Shown here in pieces: positions 39,208-52,690 of a stretch of 64,000 nucleotides of DNA. Below the pieces are notes generated by a model. The model had not been told where the DNA came from. It made no database searches and saw nothing but the letters and a program-made list of their open reading frames with translations. The stretch lies in assembly GCA_047967505.1 (NCBI GenBank), contig CM106538.1. One strand, 5' to 3'. The position numbers and the translations under genes are program-made. Position 1 is the stretch's first letter; each line of letters begins with the position of its first letter. The DNA comes from Dipteris shenzhenensis. Lineage: Eukaryota.

Positions 39208-40783
39208 CTAATCCGAATCCGAATCCGAATCGTCTTGTTGGCCTATTCCCTGGTCCTCGGCACCTGCATCTTCTCCCTCGTCCCCGACACCTGCGTCTTC
39301 TCCCTCGTCCTCGGCACCTGCGTCCGATCCTTGCCCCTGTTGATCGCTCGTCTCTGATGATGGGACGCTTGAGCTTTGACCCTAAGAGTGAACCATATAG
39401 ATCGAAAATTAGATTGGAACTTAAATTAAAAAGTGAGATTACAAGTAGGAGTAAACTTATACCGTGCGAGCAGCCACCTCAGCCCAATCGACTGTCGCTC
39501 CCATTGCCTCTTGCTCAATGAACCACGGCTTGGTTCCTATCTGAAATGTGCGCCGCGTCTCTGGATCCGTAGGAAGACGAACCATTGCAGCTTGCTGTGG
39601 ATCCAATTTACGAGAGTTAGAGTTAGCTAAAGTGCATGTAATATGTAAGTAAAACAAATAGAACAATACATTAAATGGAAAGAAGTAAACTTACCACGGT
39701 TGCCTCGAACGCATACCATCTGCCTGCACCAAAGTGCGAAGTACCTACGACATCCAGCCGTATCTTCGCAGCCCTCCTCTGACCCTCGAACATTTTGGGA
39801 TGGTCCCTATGTTGCTTCTTGAAGTACTTCCAATCAGCTTTGTCTGCCCAGCTGGGTTTAGCCAACCCCTTTGTAATGGAAGTACGCATGGTTGATCTGC
39901 GATGCTTTAGGACCAAACCCATGCGCTCGAGCATATAATTGTTATTAAACTCCACATTTGGCGGATTAGGATATCTTTGTTTTAACTCATCGATCACCGC
40001 CTGCTTCTTTTGGGCATCTTGATACCGCTAATCGATATTTATGCCGCTCTTGAAGTGATGACTCATCAACCGCCTCATGGCGGCCATCACTGCTTTGCCC
40101 TTTTTGTCTTCTATTATCTCTCCGGCAGATGTGATTTGATAGGAGAGATCCCCTGATGAGTAAGGGGGACTGACGGCAGCAGAGTCTGAAGGAGTGGAAG
40201 CTGCGCGACCGCTTCCGGATCGAGGAGTAGTTGTGGGAGTAGGAGAGGGAAAGGGATCTGACTGATACTGTGTCTTCGGACCAAGTGGAGACCTAAAGGA
40301 GCGTGAGTGTGCTGACTCGTCTACATCTCCTGAGTCAGCACAACATGAGCCGCCCATCCTACTCTTCCTTCCCTTGCGGGAGGCATGCGCAGGTGATGAT
40401 CCCACGGTCGAAGGGACGCGAGGGGATGGCTGGGCAGTACGTCCACCCGTCGGTGTAGGGGAAGGAATTGCGGAGGTCCTCTGAGAGAGCAGAGAGAAGA
40501 ATCTCGCTGCCTCCTCATCGCTCATCTGCGCTACAAACTCGTCGGGAGTCCCAACAAAGCCATGCGCGGCTAGCAAAGGAGTCCCCTGAGGGGTAGTCGC
40601 AGTGCTACATGGAAGAGGGGTCGGACCAGGGGTAGTCATAGTGCTAGGACCGAGAGGAGTCAGACCAGGGGTAGTCCTCGGGGTAGTCGCCTGAGAGGAA
40701 TCAAAGTCCTCTGGAGCATATAGATCGTGAGCTCTCCTCCTGCGAGGCTGTCCGTACTCGTCCGATGAGCGACGTGATCCCAT
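39208..40783 (-). pseudogene. CACTA second gene (TnpA/Ptta-like), 3 coding exons
   Basis: Exons 40783-39695, 39594-39463 and 39381-39208 are joined in phase 0 by GT-AG introns. It has a P/T/S-rich N-terminus, KIRLDVVGTSHFGAG motif and acidic tail. One TAG at 40028. Confidence 0.7.
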
Positions 40784-40849
40784 GTCTAACATAGACACAA
40801 ACACGAAAACAGAAAACAAAAAACAAACATGAGCATTCTCATAGGCATA

Positions 40850-42640
40850 GGCATAGGCAAGAAGAAAGAAGAGGGAAAGGAAAGAAGAGGGAAAGGAAAG
40901 AGGGAAAGAAGAGGGAAAGATAAGAGGGAAAGAAGATGTAAAGGAAAGAAAAGAATGAGAATGAGGAAATAGAGAATGAGAGAAGGGGGAAATAGAGAAG
41001 GGGAAAGAGATGAGGGAAAATAGAGAAGGAGAGAAGGGGGAAATGAGAGAAGGGGGAAATAGAGAATGAGCTTATGCAGAAATAGAGAATGAGCTTATGC
41101 TTCTCTCATTCTCTATTTCTGCATAAGCTCACGCATAAGCATGAGCTTATGCGGAAACTTAAGCATAAGCTCATGCACATGCATGAGCATAAGCATGAGC
41201 TTATGCTTAAGCATAGGCATCGGAAATAGAGAAGGAGCTTATGCATAAAATAGAGAATGAGTTTCCGCATGCTTATACTCATGCAGAAAAAGAGAAGGAG
41301 CTTATGCAGAAAAAGAGAAGGAGAGAAGCATAAGCTTCTCTCATTCTCTATTTCCGCATAAGCTCCTTCTCTTTTTCCGCATGAGCTTATGCTTATGCTC
41401 ATGGGTGAGCATGAGCTTATGCTCATGTTTCTGCATATGCGGAAATAGAGAAGGAGAGAAGCATAAGCTTCTCTCATTCTCTATTTCCGCATATGCTCAC
41501 GCAAAAGAGAAAGAGAAAGAGCTTATGCAGAAAAAGAGAAAGAGCTTATGCGGAAACTCATTCTCTATTTCCGCATAAGCTCCTTCTCTTTTTCCGCATG
41601 AGCTTATGCTTATGCTCATGGGTGAGCATGAGCTTATGCTCATGTTTCCGCATATGTGGAAATAGAGAAGGAGAGAAGCATAAGCTTCTCTCATTCTCTA
41701 TTTCCGCATATGCTCACACAAAAGAGAAAGAGAAAGAGCTTATGCGGAAAAAGAGAAAGAGCTTATGCGGAAACTCATTCTCTATTTCCGCATAAGCTCC
41801 TTCTCTTTTTCCGCATGAGCTTATGCTTATGCTCATGGGTGAGCATGAGCTTATGCTCATGTTTTCGCATATGCGGAAATAGAGAAGGAGAGAAGCATAA
41901 GCTTCTCTCATTCTCTATTTTCGCATATGCTCATGCAAAAGAGAAAGAGAAAGAGCTTATGCGGAAAAAGAGAAAGAGCTTATGCGGAAACTCATTCTCT
42001 ATTTCCGCATAAGCTCCTTCTCTTTTTCCGCATGAGCTTATGCTTATGCTCATGGGTGAGCATAAGCTTATGCTCATATTTCGGCATATGCGGAAATAGA
42101 GAATGAGAGAAGCATAAGCTTCTCTCATTCTCTATTTCCGCATATGCTCACGCATAAGCGGAAACTTACGCATAAGCTCATGCTCATGCATGAGCATAAG
42201 CATGAGCTTATGCTTATGCATAAGCATAAGCATAAGCTCATGCTTATGCTCATGCGGAAATAGAGAAGGAGCTTATGTGGAAATAGAGAAGGAGCTTATG
42301 CAGAAAAAGAGAATGAGAGAAGCATAAGCTTCTCTCATTCTCTATTTCCGCATAAGCTTATGCGGAAACTTGCGCATAAGCTCATGCTCATGCATGAGCA
42401 TAAGCATGAGCTTATGCTTATGCTTATGCTTAAGAGCATAAGCTCCTTCTCTATTTCCGCATGAGCATAAGCATGAGCTTATGCTTATGCTTATGCTTAA
42501 GCATAAGCATAAGCATAAGCTCATGCTTATGCTCATGCGGAAATAGAGAAGGAGCTTATGCTCTTAAGCATAAGCATAAGCATAAGCTCATGCTTATGCT
42601 CATGCATGAGCATGAGCTTATGCGCAAGTTTCCGCATAAG
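40850..42640. repeat. Purine tract plus GCATAA/ATGAGC-based satellite with a 217-bp higher-order period
   Basis: Identical translated blocks at 41497, 41714 and 41931. Confidence 0.9.
42357..42640. repeat. Perfect 284-bp spacerless palindrome
   Basis: Arms were compared base by base and are centred on TT|AA at 42498/42499. Confidence 0.9.
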
Positions 42641-42644
42641 TCAT

Positions 42645-45600
42645 GCATGTCTTAAGACACTTTCCCATCATTGCAAGAATACAACACATGTTTCGATGCA
42701 AATCCATAGCGGAGTTGATGACATGGCATGCATCTCATCGGTCCACTGATCACACATTGAGGATTCCCGCAGATTGTGCGGCTTGGAAGCACATAGATAA
42801 CTAGTGGCCGGACTTTGCGAGAGAGCCACGCAACTTACATCTTGGGCTAGTCATGGACGGCGTGAATCCTTTCGGGTTACGCTCGACATCTTGGTCGACA
42901 TGGCCCATAGTCGTGGTGAATTACAATATCCCACCATGGCTAACAATAAAAAAGGGACACCTCATGCTTGCACTACTTGTGCCAGGAAAGTACAAGGCAA
43001 AAAACATGGACGTGTACATGGCACCTTTGATAGAGGAGTTACAGATATTATGGAGAGGAGTGCAGGTCTTTGATATTTCCAGAGCTCCTAGGCATACCAA
43101 TGATATTTTAGTCAGGGGTATCTTGATGTGGACCATGCATGACTACCCAAGATATGGAGAGTGCGCAGGTACGTGGTTATGTCTTTACATGTACAATGAG
43201 GGATTATGCTTTTTTTACTCTCTTTTGCACGCATGTCTTGTACTAACATATTCATGCACGCGTGCAGGACTTGTTACAAGTGGGTACCATGCTTGTCCTG
43301 TTTGTGGACCCACTCTGAAATCGCTTGCACGCTACTCCAAACACATGAGGAAAAATGTTTATGAAGGTCATGCTCGATACCTTCCGCTCGACCATCTCGC
43401 ACGTGGAGGTCAGCTTGATCCACCACCATCATATTTGAAAGCAAGTGATTGGATTCAAGCTTGGAGGGAGAATGGAGAGGAACCTCCTCCTGGTATGAAG
43501 AGGCTATCGATCTTTCACGAGCTTCCTTATTGGGGTCAGTTACAAATCAATCATCTCTTGGATCCCATGCATATCTTTAAGAATGTGGGGGCTACCATTT
43601 GGGCACACTTGGTTGGTTCCAAGGACTCGAGAGGAGTGCGAGAAGACTTGCGTGCTATGAATAGGATGTCTCGTTTGTGGCCCCAAGTGCATGCTTCAGG
43701 AAAAGTTGTCCTCCCGAAAGCAACGTGGATCCTTCTACGAGGGAGGAGGCAGCGATCAAGGCAGACATTGCCTCTTTTCAAACACCGACAGGGTACATGC
43801 GTTGCTTGAAAGGAGCATTTTCAAAGGACAATAAGCTTAGTGGCCTCAAGTCCCATGATTGGCACAAGGTCTTACAGGTATTCTAAGTAGAATTAGTGTA
43901 CCGATAATAGTGATGCATTAGCGTAATTATTATTATGTTATATTGTTGACATGATTTCATTGTTGCTTTGATAGTTCATCCTTCCAATTACAATAAAAGG
44001 GTGCTTACAAGAAGATGTTAGAAATGCTATATTCAAGATCTGTGGTATTGTGAGGTATGCTTACTATCAATTCACATTATGTATTTTCTTCATGGACATG
44101 TGAAATAGGTGGATATCTCAAATATCTTACATATATGCATGGACATGTGAAATAGGTGGATATCTCAAAAAGAGATCTCTATATCGAGCATCGAGAAGGC
44201 TAGGGTGGAATCCATCGAAGCTGTATGCTTGCTTGAGAAGCACTTTCCCTCAAGCATTATGACAACTCAAGTCCACTTGCTTGTGCACATAGTTGATGAG
44301 GTGGCTATAGCAGGTACCGTTCATAATCGATGGATGTTTTTTCTCGAGCGGTTTATGAAAACTTTAAAGGGGTTTGTAAGACAAAGAGCAAGACCAGAAG
44401 CAAGCATGGCAGAGGGATGGCTTGTGCAAGAGTCATTAGTATATATCACAGAGTTTCTTGCATCCACGGATCCTGATATGCCGCAAGCTTGGCACAACAA
44501 GGATGATGATCGCATCATTGGCGAGGTCCCCCAAGGAAAAGGGATTGAAAGAAAGATGAGCGAAGAGCAAATGGAGAAATTCAATAAGTTTTGTATCCTC
44601 AATAGCCCTGAGATGCAGAAGTGGATTGAGAGATATGAAGTGGCCAAAGCAGAAAGAATAAATGCAAGGACAAAATTCAGAGTAATGTACAGGCGATCAC
44701 AACCATATCCACGAGATCTGGCTCTTCTCCCTACTCACATGTCACTTGATTGGCTACAACTAGCTATACGTAAAGCCGAACGTGATGGAGAGACAATAAA
44801 CGAGTGCGAGCGGGAGTTATCATCTGGATGTATGGTGCATGTAAGTTTCTTATCTCTTGATGTAATTAAGTAATTATTTGTGGCAATATATGCTATAAAA
44901 TAAGTGCATCTTCATTGTTTTAATGATGCTCTTTTACAGTATAAAAAGTACAGTGCATTATGGTCATATGGACGATATTTTCACGTAGAACGCATCGATT
45001 CAAAGAGAGTCACGTATGATTGTGGAGTCATGGCTAACTTCACACAAGATAGCCGAGCAAGTGCTTCGGATACCAATCTTCTCTCCTCACAGTTGGATTA
45101 TGTGGAACCATACGCGACATCTATGAAATTGATTTCAGACGATTTACTATTTTCATTCTTGATGTAAAATGGTTTAGAACTACTTACAACGGTCCCCATG
45201 CGACTGTGAGAAAAGATGGTAGCGGTCTCTTTGCAGTAGACTCCACCAAACATTGGACCGATGAAAGTGATACTTTTGTTCTTCCCGAGCACTGTGAGCA
45301 GGTGCATACTAATGATTTAATTAGTCGAAGCTTTCGTTTTGTAAGTCCATTGATATATATATAATTGACGACATTTGGCACGTGATTTTTCATCTTCAAT
45401 ATAGGTGGTTTTTCATCCGGATCGTTCTGATCCAAGATGGTGGTACGTGATCCAAGTTGCACCACGAAGTAAGCAGATTTTTGAAGATCGAGATGTGGAT
45501 ATGGAGATGCCACTACCAATGCCGGATCCAATTGATGAATCTAGCGAAGAAGATGTAGATCACCATATGAGGCAAGAGGAAGATGCGCATAATGACATCG

Positions 45601-45833
45601 CACGGGAGGAGGATGGAGATCACGATATTGACGAGGAAGACAACAATCGTCAAGATCAATCACCACACTTAAGCTTAATTGAAGAAGATGATCAAATACT
45701 TTTAGGTGAACGTACGATGCTAGAGTACGATGATGATATAGGAGATCAACTCGGTATAGAGTTGGAGATAGACTTGCTTGGCGCCTTAGACTTGGCTCAA
45801 GATGAAACAGTTGATGTAAATGCTCTTATTTAA
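42645..45833 (+). pseudogene. CACTA TnpD transposase (Transposase_21, DUF4218/DUF4216-type C-terminus), 5'-truncated
   Basis: Motifs include VLRHFP, DGVNPF, STWPIVVVNYNIPPW, DYP, ACPVC, LDPMHIFKNV, LKSHDWH and WMFFLERFMKTLK. Introns at ~43169-43267, 43878-43974, 44055-44155, 44841-44939 and 45302-45404. A stop at ~42802 and frameshifts are present. Confidence 0.95.
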
Positions 45834-47516
45834 TTTGATTTTTCTCATCTCAAACTTGGACATGAATATATGAGCTTCAAAGGCTTGATGTACATGCTCT
45901 CATTTTTTAATTCTCTATGAGCTCAAACATGTATGAAAATTTAAAAAATTTTGTCATTGGAAGAAAATAAATTTTAAGGCTTAAAAAAAAAAAAAACCTC
46001 TCTGTAAAACGTCGCTATAATATATTGTCTCAGTGTCGCTATATAGCGACCTTTAAAAGTCGCTATATAGCGACGATTTACGACACCCGATTTTTATACC
46101 GACGATTAACGCTAAGCGGGCACTAATCGTCGGTACGTAAACGTCGCAATAGGATGCGTGTGTAGTAGTGTCCAGGAGAGCATAGCACTATTAGTGCATC
46201 ACCTGTAATGTGTCAAAGCTGTCCCTCAGCATAAAATAGCATCCATGTGCAAAGCGTCCATAAAAATAGCATCCCACAAGGCAATTTGGGCCTATCAGCG
46301 CATCCAATAAGGATCGCAATGCATCTAAATGGCCTATAAATCATCCACTGCAACCCAATGCATACCACGAATGAGCGCACACTGCTCAAACTGCAACCAG
46401 AGTGATCTGCATAAGGTATGCTCAAGAAATCATAGTCCCACAGTAATGACCACTATTGAAAAATAGAACCTAAGATGCCTCAAAACATGGGCGCCATTGA
46501 ATAATCGGACTCAGCAAGAAAATCTGCAAATATCTCTCTTCTGCCAGAACTCCAAAATCCCAACCGATGAGTGAGAAGTTGGAGTCAACACTTATCCACT
46601 GCCATGTGGCATAAATCTAAGGTTTCAAAACCTTAGAATGAAAAATGCATAAAAGAGAGACGAAATCGAATACACAGAGATCTATAACTCTGAAAATCCT
46701 CCACCAAATCATGCAAGAATTGATAGGTAGGGGTTTTTGGGCATCTCGAACGTAATGGGAAAGACGGTTTTGGAAACCGTGGTCTCAATCACTGGGTCCA
46801 ACACAAAGACTAAAAAACGTTTTTGGAAACAAAGCTGTTTGTAAACTCCACCGGAGTGCAAATGATGAGCAACGTAGAAGTTTTAGGACTTCTGAGTCCA
46901 CCGGAACTGACAGATCTACAAATGGTTGCTCCAAACTTGAGTTCCAACACCCGGGCAAAAAACGTAGAAACTGACACAGTGAGTCAGAAATCAAATGAAA
47001 TGATCCCGGATTCAAGAATAAAGGTGTTTCCAAGCTCTTAAAGTGAAGTGGATACCAAAAGCAAGCAATAGTTGCCTCTACAAGTCAATATGGAGTCTCT
47101 GTCGTCGAACGGAACAGGGAAAAGCTCAAAAAACGACTTTTTCTTTGAAAACTCTTAACAGGCTCTCAAAACCACTTCGCAAAGCCAAAGTGACTTTTCC
47201 AAAGGTTCCTCCAAGGTCTCTGCACACTCGGATGCAAGTAAAGTCACCCACAAAGCTTCCCACAGAGCTTCTCCTTCCTCCCACAGAGCTACTGAGCTTC
47301 AAGCATTCACGCACGCTCAGCTAGATCACCCGGGCTCTGATACCAGTCGAGAGTGCTCTCAACGGAAGCAAGAATGGAAGAAGGAGGAGAGAGACAGAGA
47401 GCCACACAAGTTTGGTGGGTGCAGAACCACCCTAATCTTCTTTTTCATTCATTTATATATGTGTTTGAGTATTGTACATAACCGGAGTAAAGGCATAGTG
47501 ACCTTTAACCCCCATA

Positions 47517-50500
47517 GAGATTTCACTTGGCATCTTCAGTGTATTTGTAGTTGACTCATTCAGAGATTTTCACGACACTTTTGAGTACATTTCTTGCACC
47601 ATGTCGACTAGCAACCTCAATCTGGAGGCATCTGCTAAGTTAGACAACTCCAATTACGGTACATGGAAATAGCGAATGGAGACCATTCTTGTGCTTTAGG
47701 ACAAATGGGAGTATGTCAATGGGTCTACACCTAGAACATTGGACAATCCAACCACCAGTAGCTCTACTCCATCTGTTGTCACAGAACCAGCAACGAAATC
47801 TACATCGGGATCTACATCTACACAAACAGTTTCCGCACCAGTAGCAGATCCTGCCATTGCCCGAGCTTAAGCAGAATGGGATAAGAAAGACAAGTATGCC
47901 TATCACCTGATCAAGTAGAATGTGCAAGATGTCATGCTAGGACAACTCAACACAGTCCAGACATCAAAAGAAGCATGGGATATGTTCGCAGCTCTCTACG
48001 AGTCCAAGAACACATCCAGGATTCTCACCCTGAGAAACCAGATCAACTAGAGTTTTCGCAACAACAGTGAAACCGGTCATGCTTATGTACTCCACATAAA
48101 AGACTACAACAATCAACTTGCAGTAGGAGGAGAGACTATGAACCCCGCAGAAATGGTTCAAGTAATCCTGAATGGACTAGGAGAGGGATACGAGAATGTA
48201 GTCTAGAGTATTGCCATCCAACAGCAAATTCTGACACTGGAAGAACTTCAGTCAGTCCTACTTGGTGAAGAACTCAGGACTCAGGCCATTCAAGCACGTA
48301 AAGGTCATTCTAATGATCAGGCATTCACAGCTTCAGACAGAAGTAGAGGCAAAGGTAGAGGCAGAGGTAGATCATATAGGAAAAGTGGGCATCATCAAGA
48401 AAATCAACGTCAGCATTAACATCAGCATCAGCATCATCCTCAGCAACATCAAAGTCATCAAAGAGGAAATTATTCCAATTGAGGAAGATTTCAAGGACGA
48501 GGGAATGCATCCACCAATGTGTCAAACATTCAGTGCAACTCTGTTACAAGTGTGGACACTATGAAAGAGATTGCCGCAAGATGTAGTACGACTAAGGCGA
48601 TCAATCCAGTAGTAATCGAGGGAATTCTCGAGGTAGAGGAAATCATCGTGGTGGACATTCTAGTCATAGTCATTTTGCAAATGAATAAGGGAATATGTTT
48701 CTTACAAGCGAGAAATTGCATCAGACTGACACAATGTACTCAGACATTGATTTCAATCCCAAAGAGGATTTCAGCTATCAAGTCGACCAAGTGGAACAGG
48801 ATCCTTGGTACATCGATAGCGGTGCATCATCTCATATGACAAATCATCATGAATGGTTCACAGAAATGAAGCCATTAGAAGGACAAAAAAATGTCATCTA
48901 CACAGTAGACAATACACCGAATCCAGTTCAAGGGACAGGTGTTATCCCTATGAACAATTTCACTGGTACAAAAGGATTAGTCAAAGATGTGGTCTATGTT
49001 CCAAAGCTCAGCAAGAACCTTTTGTCAGTAGGTCAAATGACGGAACACAATTACAAAGTCATCTTCGACGATGATGAATGCACTATCAGAGACAAATCCA
49101 AAAGATGTCAGCTAGTAGCAAAAGGTGTCAAGGAAGGACGCTTATATAGAATGCTAGCTACAGTACTAGATAAGCATGCCTTGTCAGCTCAACCGCAATA
49201 GATGCCACTATCTGCAAAATGGCACAAGATATATGGTCATGTCAACTTCAAGTACTTGTTAGATCTCAGGAATTAGAATATGGCAATTGGGATTCTGAAG
49301 CTACAATTTCTTGGAAAGGTTTGCGAAGCATGCTGCTTCGGCAAACAAAAGCGAACCAACTTTGTCAGAAGCACCTCTTGTGCACGAGGTATTCTTGATT
49401 TGATTCATACAGATGTATGGGGTTATGCCCAGACCCGCAGCATCAATGGTTCACTTTACTACTTAACCTTCATCGACAACTACAGTAGATATTGTTGGGT
49501 CTACTTTCTAAAAGAGAAATTCGAAATGTTTTCTAGATTTCAAGAATTCAAAGCCATGGTAGAAAACCAGATAGGCAGAAAGATCAAGGTCATGAGATCA
49601 GATAGAGCAGGTGAATACATGTCTTCAGCATTCATGAATTTTTGCAAAAATCACGGCATTCGAACGCAATTCACATGTGCAGATACTCCTTAGTAGAATG
49701 CAATAGCTGAAAGGAAGAATGGGACTTTAGCAGACTGTGTTAGAGCAATGCTTAGTAAAAAGCATCTTCCAAATCAGTATTGGGCAGAAGCAATAGCTAC
49801 AGCAAACTACTTGCTTAATCGGCTTCCTACCAAACTGATACAAGGTATGACTCCTTATGAAGCATTCACTTGACATAAGCCATGCATTGGGCATCTCCGC
49901 ATATTTGGTTGCATAGCATATGCCCACATACATGATGATCATCGGAGGAAATTGGATGCAAAGTCATGCAAATGCATCATGGTTGGCTACAGTGAAGAAA
50001 GCAAAGCATACAAATTGTATGATCCCATCAACCGCAAAGTATTTATCTCCAGAGATGTAATCTTTGATGAGGAATCAAAATGGAAAACCTCACCTACACA
50101 GGGATAGAAGCATCGACTTCACAGTCATCTACAAAACAAGTTGATGAAGAAGAGCAAGAATTGCCAGCAACACCCCAAGCAGAGCCACAACAGCTCAGAT
50201 GGTCTACTAGGGAAAGCAGACCACCAACCAGATTGACATATGCTTAGAAAGGCAAAGCAATTCAGTTGGAAACCAGCAACTATGCTCTTATGACTACCAT
50301 CATGGCTACAGAAGAGCCAGTGTACTTCGAAGATGCAGTAGACAAGCCAGAATGGAAAACTGCTATGAATGAAGGAATGGATGCTTTGTATAAAAATAAT
50401 ACTTGGGAATTATGCGACCTTCCACTAGGAACGAAGGCCGTAGCCAACAAATGGGTATACAAAGTGAAGTATAATCCAGATGGCAGTATTCAGAGATACA

Positions 50501-52196
50501 AAGCCAGATTACTTGCAAAAGGATTTGCACAACAATATGGTCAAGACTATGATGAGACTTATGCTCCAGTAGCAAAGATGGATTCCATACAGTTCTTGAT
50601 ATCACTAGCGACACTCAGTAAATGGAATTTGTATCAACTCGATGTCAAGAATGCATTTCTCAATGATTAGCTAGACGAGGAAGTCTACATGCAACAACCG
50701 GTAGGTTATGTTGAACCAGGAAAGGAGAATACGGTTTGCCATCTCAAGAAAAGTCTCTACGGCTTAAAGCAAACACCCAGAAGTTGGTACAGTAGAATCG
50801 ACAAATATTTTGCTGATTTGGGATACATGAAATCCAATGCAGATCATACTCTCTACTACAAAGTTCAAGGGGAAGACATTACTATTGCACTTTTGTACGT
50901 AGATGATCTGATTGTGACAGGAAACAAGAATAGCTTCATCAAAAAATTGAAACAAGACTTATCTGTAGAGTTCAACATGAAAGATCTTGGACTTATGCAC
51001 TATTGTCTTGGAATTGAGTTCTGGAGAGATTCAGATAGCACATTCATGAGTCAGCTCAAGTATGTTGACAGTCTCTTGAAGAAGTTTCATATGGCAGATT
51101 GCAAGATTGCAGCCACTCCCATGGAACAGAGTTTGAAACTTACTAAAGATTTAGAAAAGCCTATAGTCAATGACAGATACTATAGGCAACTCATCGGATC
51201 TCTTATATATTTGACAATCACATGGCCAGATATTTGTTATGCAGTAAGCTCACTAGCACAGTTTATGGCAAATTCAAAACAATCTCATTGAAATGCAGCC
51301 AAAAGAGTCTTGAGATACATTAGAGGTACAAGACAGTTTGGGATAGAATAGCGAGGAAGTCATCCACGATTGCATGGATACTGTGATAGTGATAATGCCG
51401 GAGATCATGAGACCAGGAGATCAACACAGGGATATGCATTTTTCCTTGGTCAAGGTGCTATATCATGGTTGTCAAACAAATAGCCAACTGTTTCTTTGTC
51501 TTTGACTGAAGTAGAATATAGAGCACTCACTATAGGTGCATGTGAAGCTATATGGCTCAGAAGACTGTTGTTAGAAATAGATTACTTTGATGAATCAAAG
51601 CCAACAACAATATACTATGATAATCAATTGGCTCAAGCATTGGCCAAGAATCTAGTATATCACTCCAGGACAAAGCACATTGACGTCAAAGAGAACTTCA
51701 TCAGAGAAAGAGTGTTACTTGGTGACATCACACTACAGCATTATGATAGCAAAGAGAATGTTGCAGACATCTTTACCAAACCACTCGGTAAAGAGCTATT
51801 CGAGAAACACCGACTAGCTCTTAGTTTGATGCAGAGGAAGGACATTCCCATTAAAGGGGTGTGATGGAATGTAATGCTCAGTCCTTCGATTCCCCAGAAT
51901 CATCATCTTGACGGAAGGCCTACTTCATGATGTTGATCTTGAGGGAAGGTGTTGAGAGTTCAAGCTCAACATCATGTGATCATGTGTGCATAGCACCATC
52001 ACGTGATCATATGTACATAGCACTAACCTTATAGAGTGCTATAAAGCAAAGGGTTAGATCCCCTAACCCTAACCGTAAAAGGGTTTGTATATATTCTATT
52101 TTTTCAACTAAATCTAGTGTATAGTTAATCATTTGTGGTGTGCACTCTAGCTGTGCCCTCTCTCCTCATCTCCATTCTTCTCCTCTCCCCTCTTCA
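47517..52196 (+). mobile_element. Copia element C (5' LTR lost; gag ATG 47601, pol to 51864; probable 3' LTR 51950-52196)
   Basis: Motifs WYIDSGAS, HTDVWG, DVKNAFL, YVDDL and KHIDVKENFIRE. PPT GAGGGAAGG precedes TGTTGAG. Many TAG stops. Confidence 0.9.
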
Positions 52197-52510
52197 TGTT
52201 TTGTCAGTGCAGCGCGGTGGGTCGAGCGCGGGGCAGTAGGCGAGGTGTGATGCGGCGGGTCGAGCGGGAGAGCGAGCGACGGGCGCGGCGAGGTGGGGCA
52301 CTGCCGGCTTGCACCTAGGGCTAGCATTGTGCACTGGCACCGCCTGTGCAGCGGGCGTCGCTGCGGGTGCCATGCCCAACTGCAAGGGCCTTAGGGCCCT
52401 TGCGTAGTGAGTAGGTTAGTTTAGTTAGTCTTTAGGTTAGTATCGGGAGCAGTCGGCGAGGGGGGGTTAGAGAGAGGGAGAGGGGGTGGGGGAAAAGAGA
52501 GAGGAGAGAG

Positions 52511-52553
<43 letters not shown>

Positions 52554-52611
52554 TGAGTGAGTGAGAGAGAGAGAGTAGAGAGAGGAGTGAGAGAGAGAGA
52601 AAGAGAGAGTA

Positions 52612-52643
<32 letters not shown>

Positions 52644-52648
52644 TGTGT

Positions 52649-52690
<42 letters not shown>

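Larger units (their letters stand above)
38658..46170 (+). mobile_element. CACTA/EnSpm DNA transposon, both ends present
   Basis: CACTAC...GTAGTG termini with 3-bp TSD TCC at 38655-38657 and 46171-46173. The empty site is visible in A1 at ~11128. Palindromic subterminal repeats CGTCGCTATATAGCGACG occur at both ends. Confidence 0.97.
35954..47516 (-). mobile_element. Copia A2 (5' LTR, leader, gag, PR, INT; RT/RH/3' LTR deleted), with CACTA inserted in the leader
   Basis: Colinear with A1 8443-12495. PBS at 47334-47345, LTR at 47348-47516, gag ATG at 38393. Confidence 0.95.

Noticed and set aside
41106-42749. Repeated Cys/Ser/Met-rich small ORFs
   Set aside because: These are translations of the hexamer satellite and the palindrome.
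52061-52074. CCCTAACCCTAACC telomere-like motif
   Set aside because: Only two units, inside an LTR; at most a telo-box-like motif.
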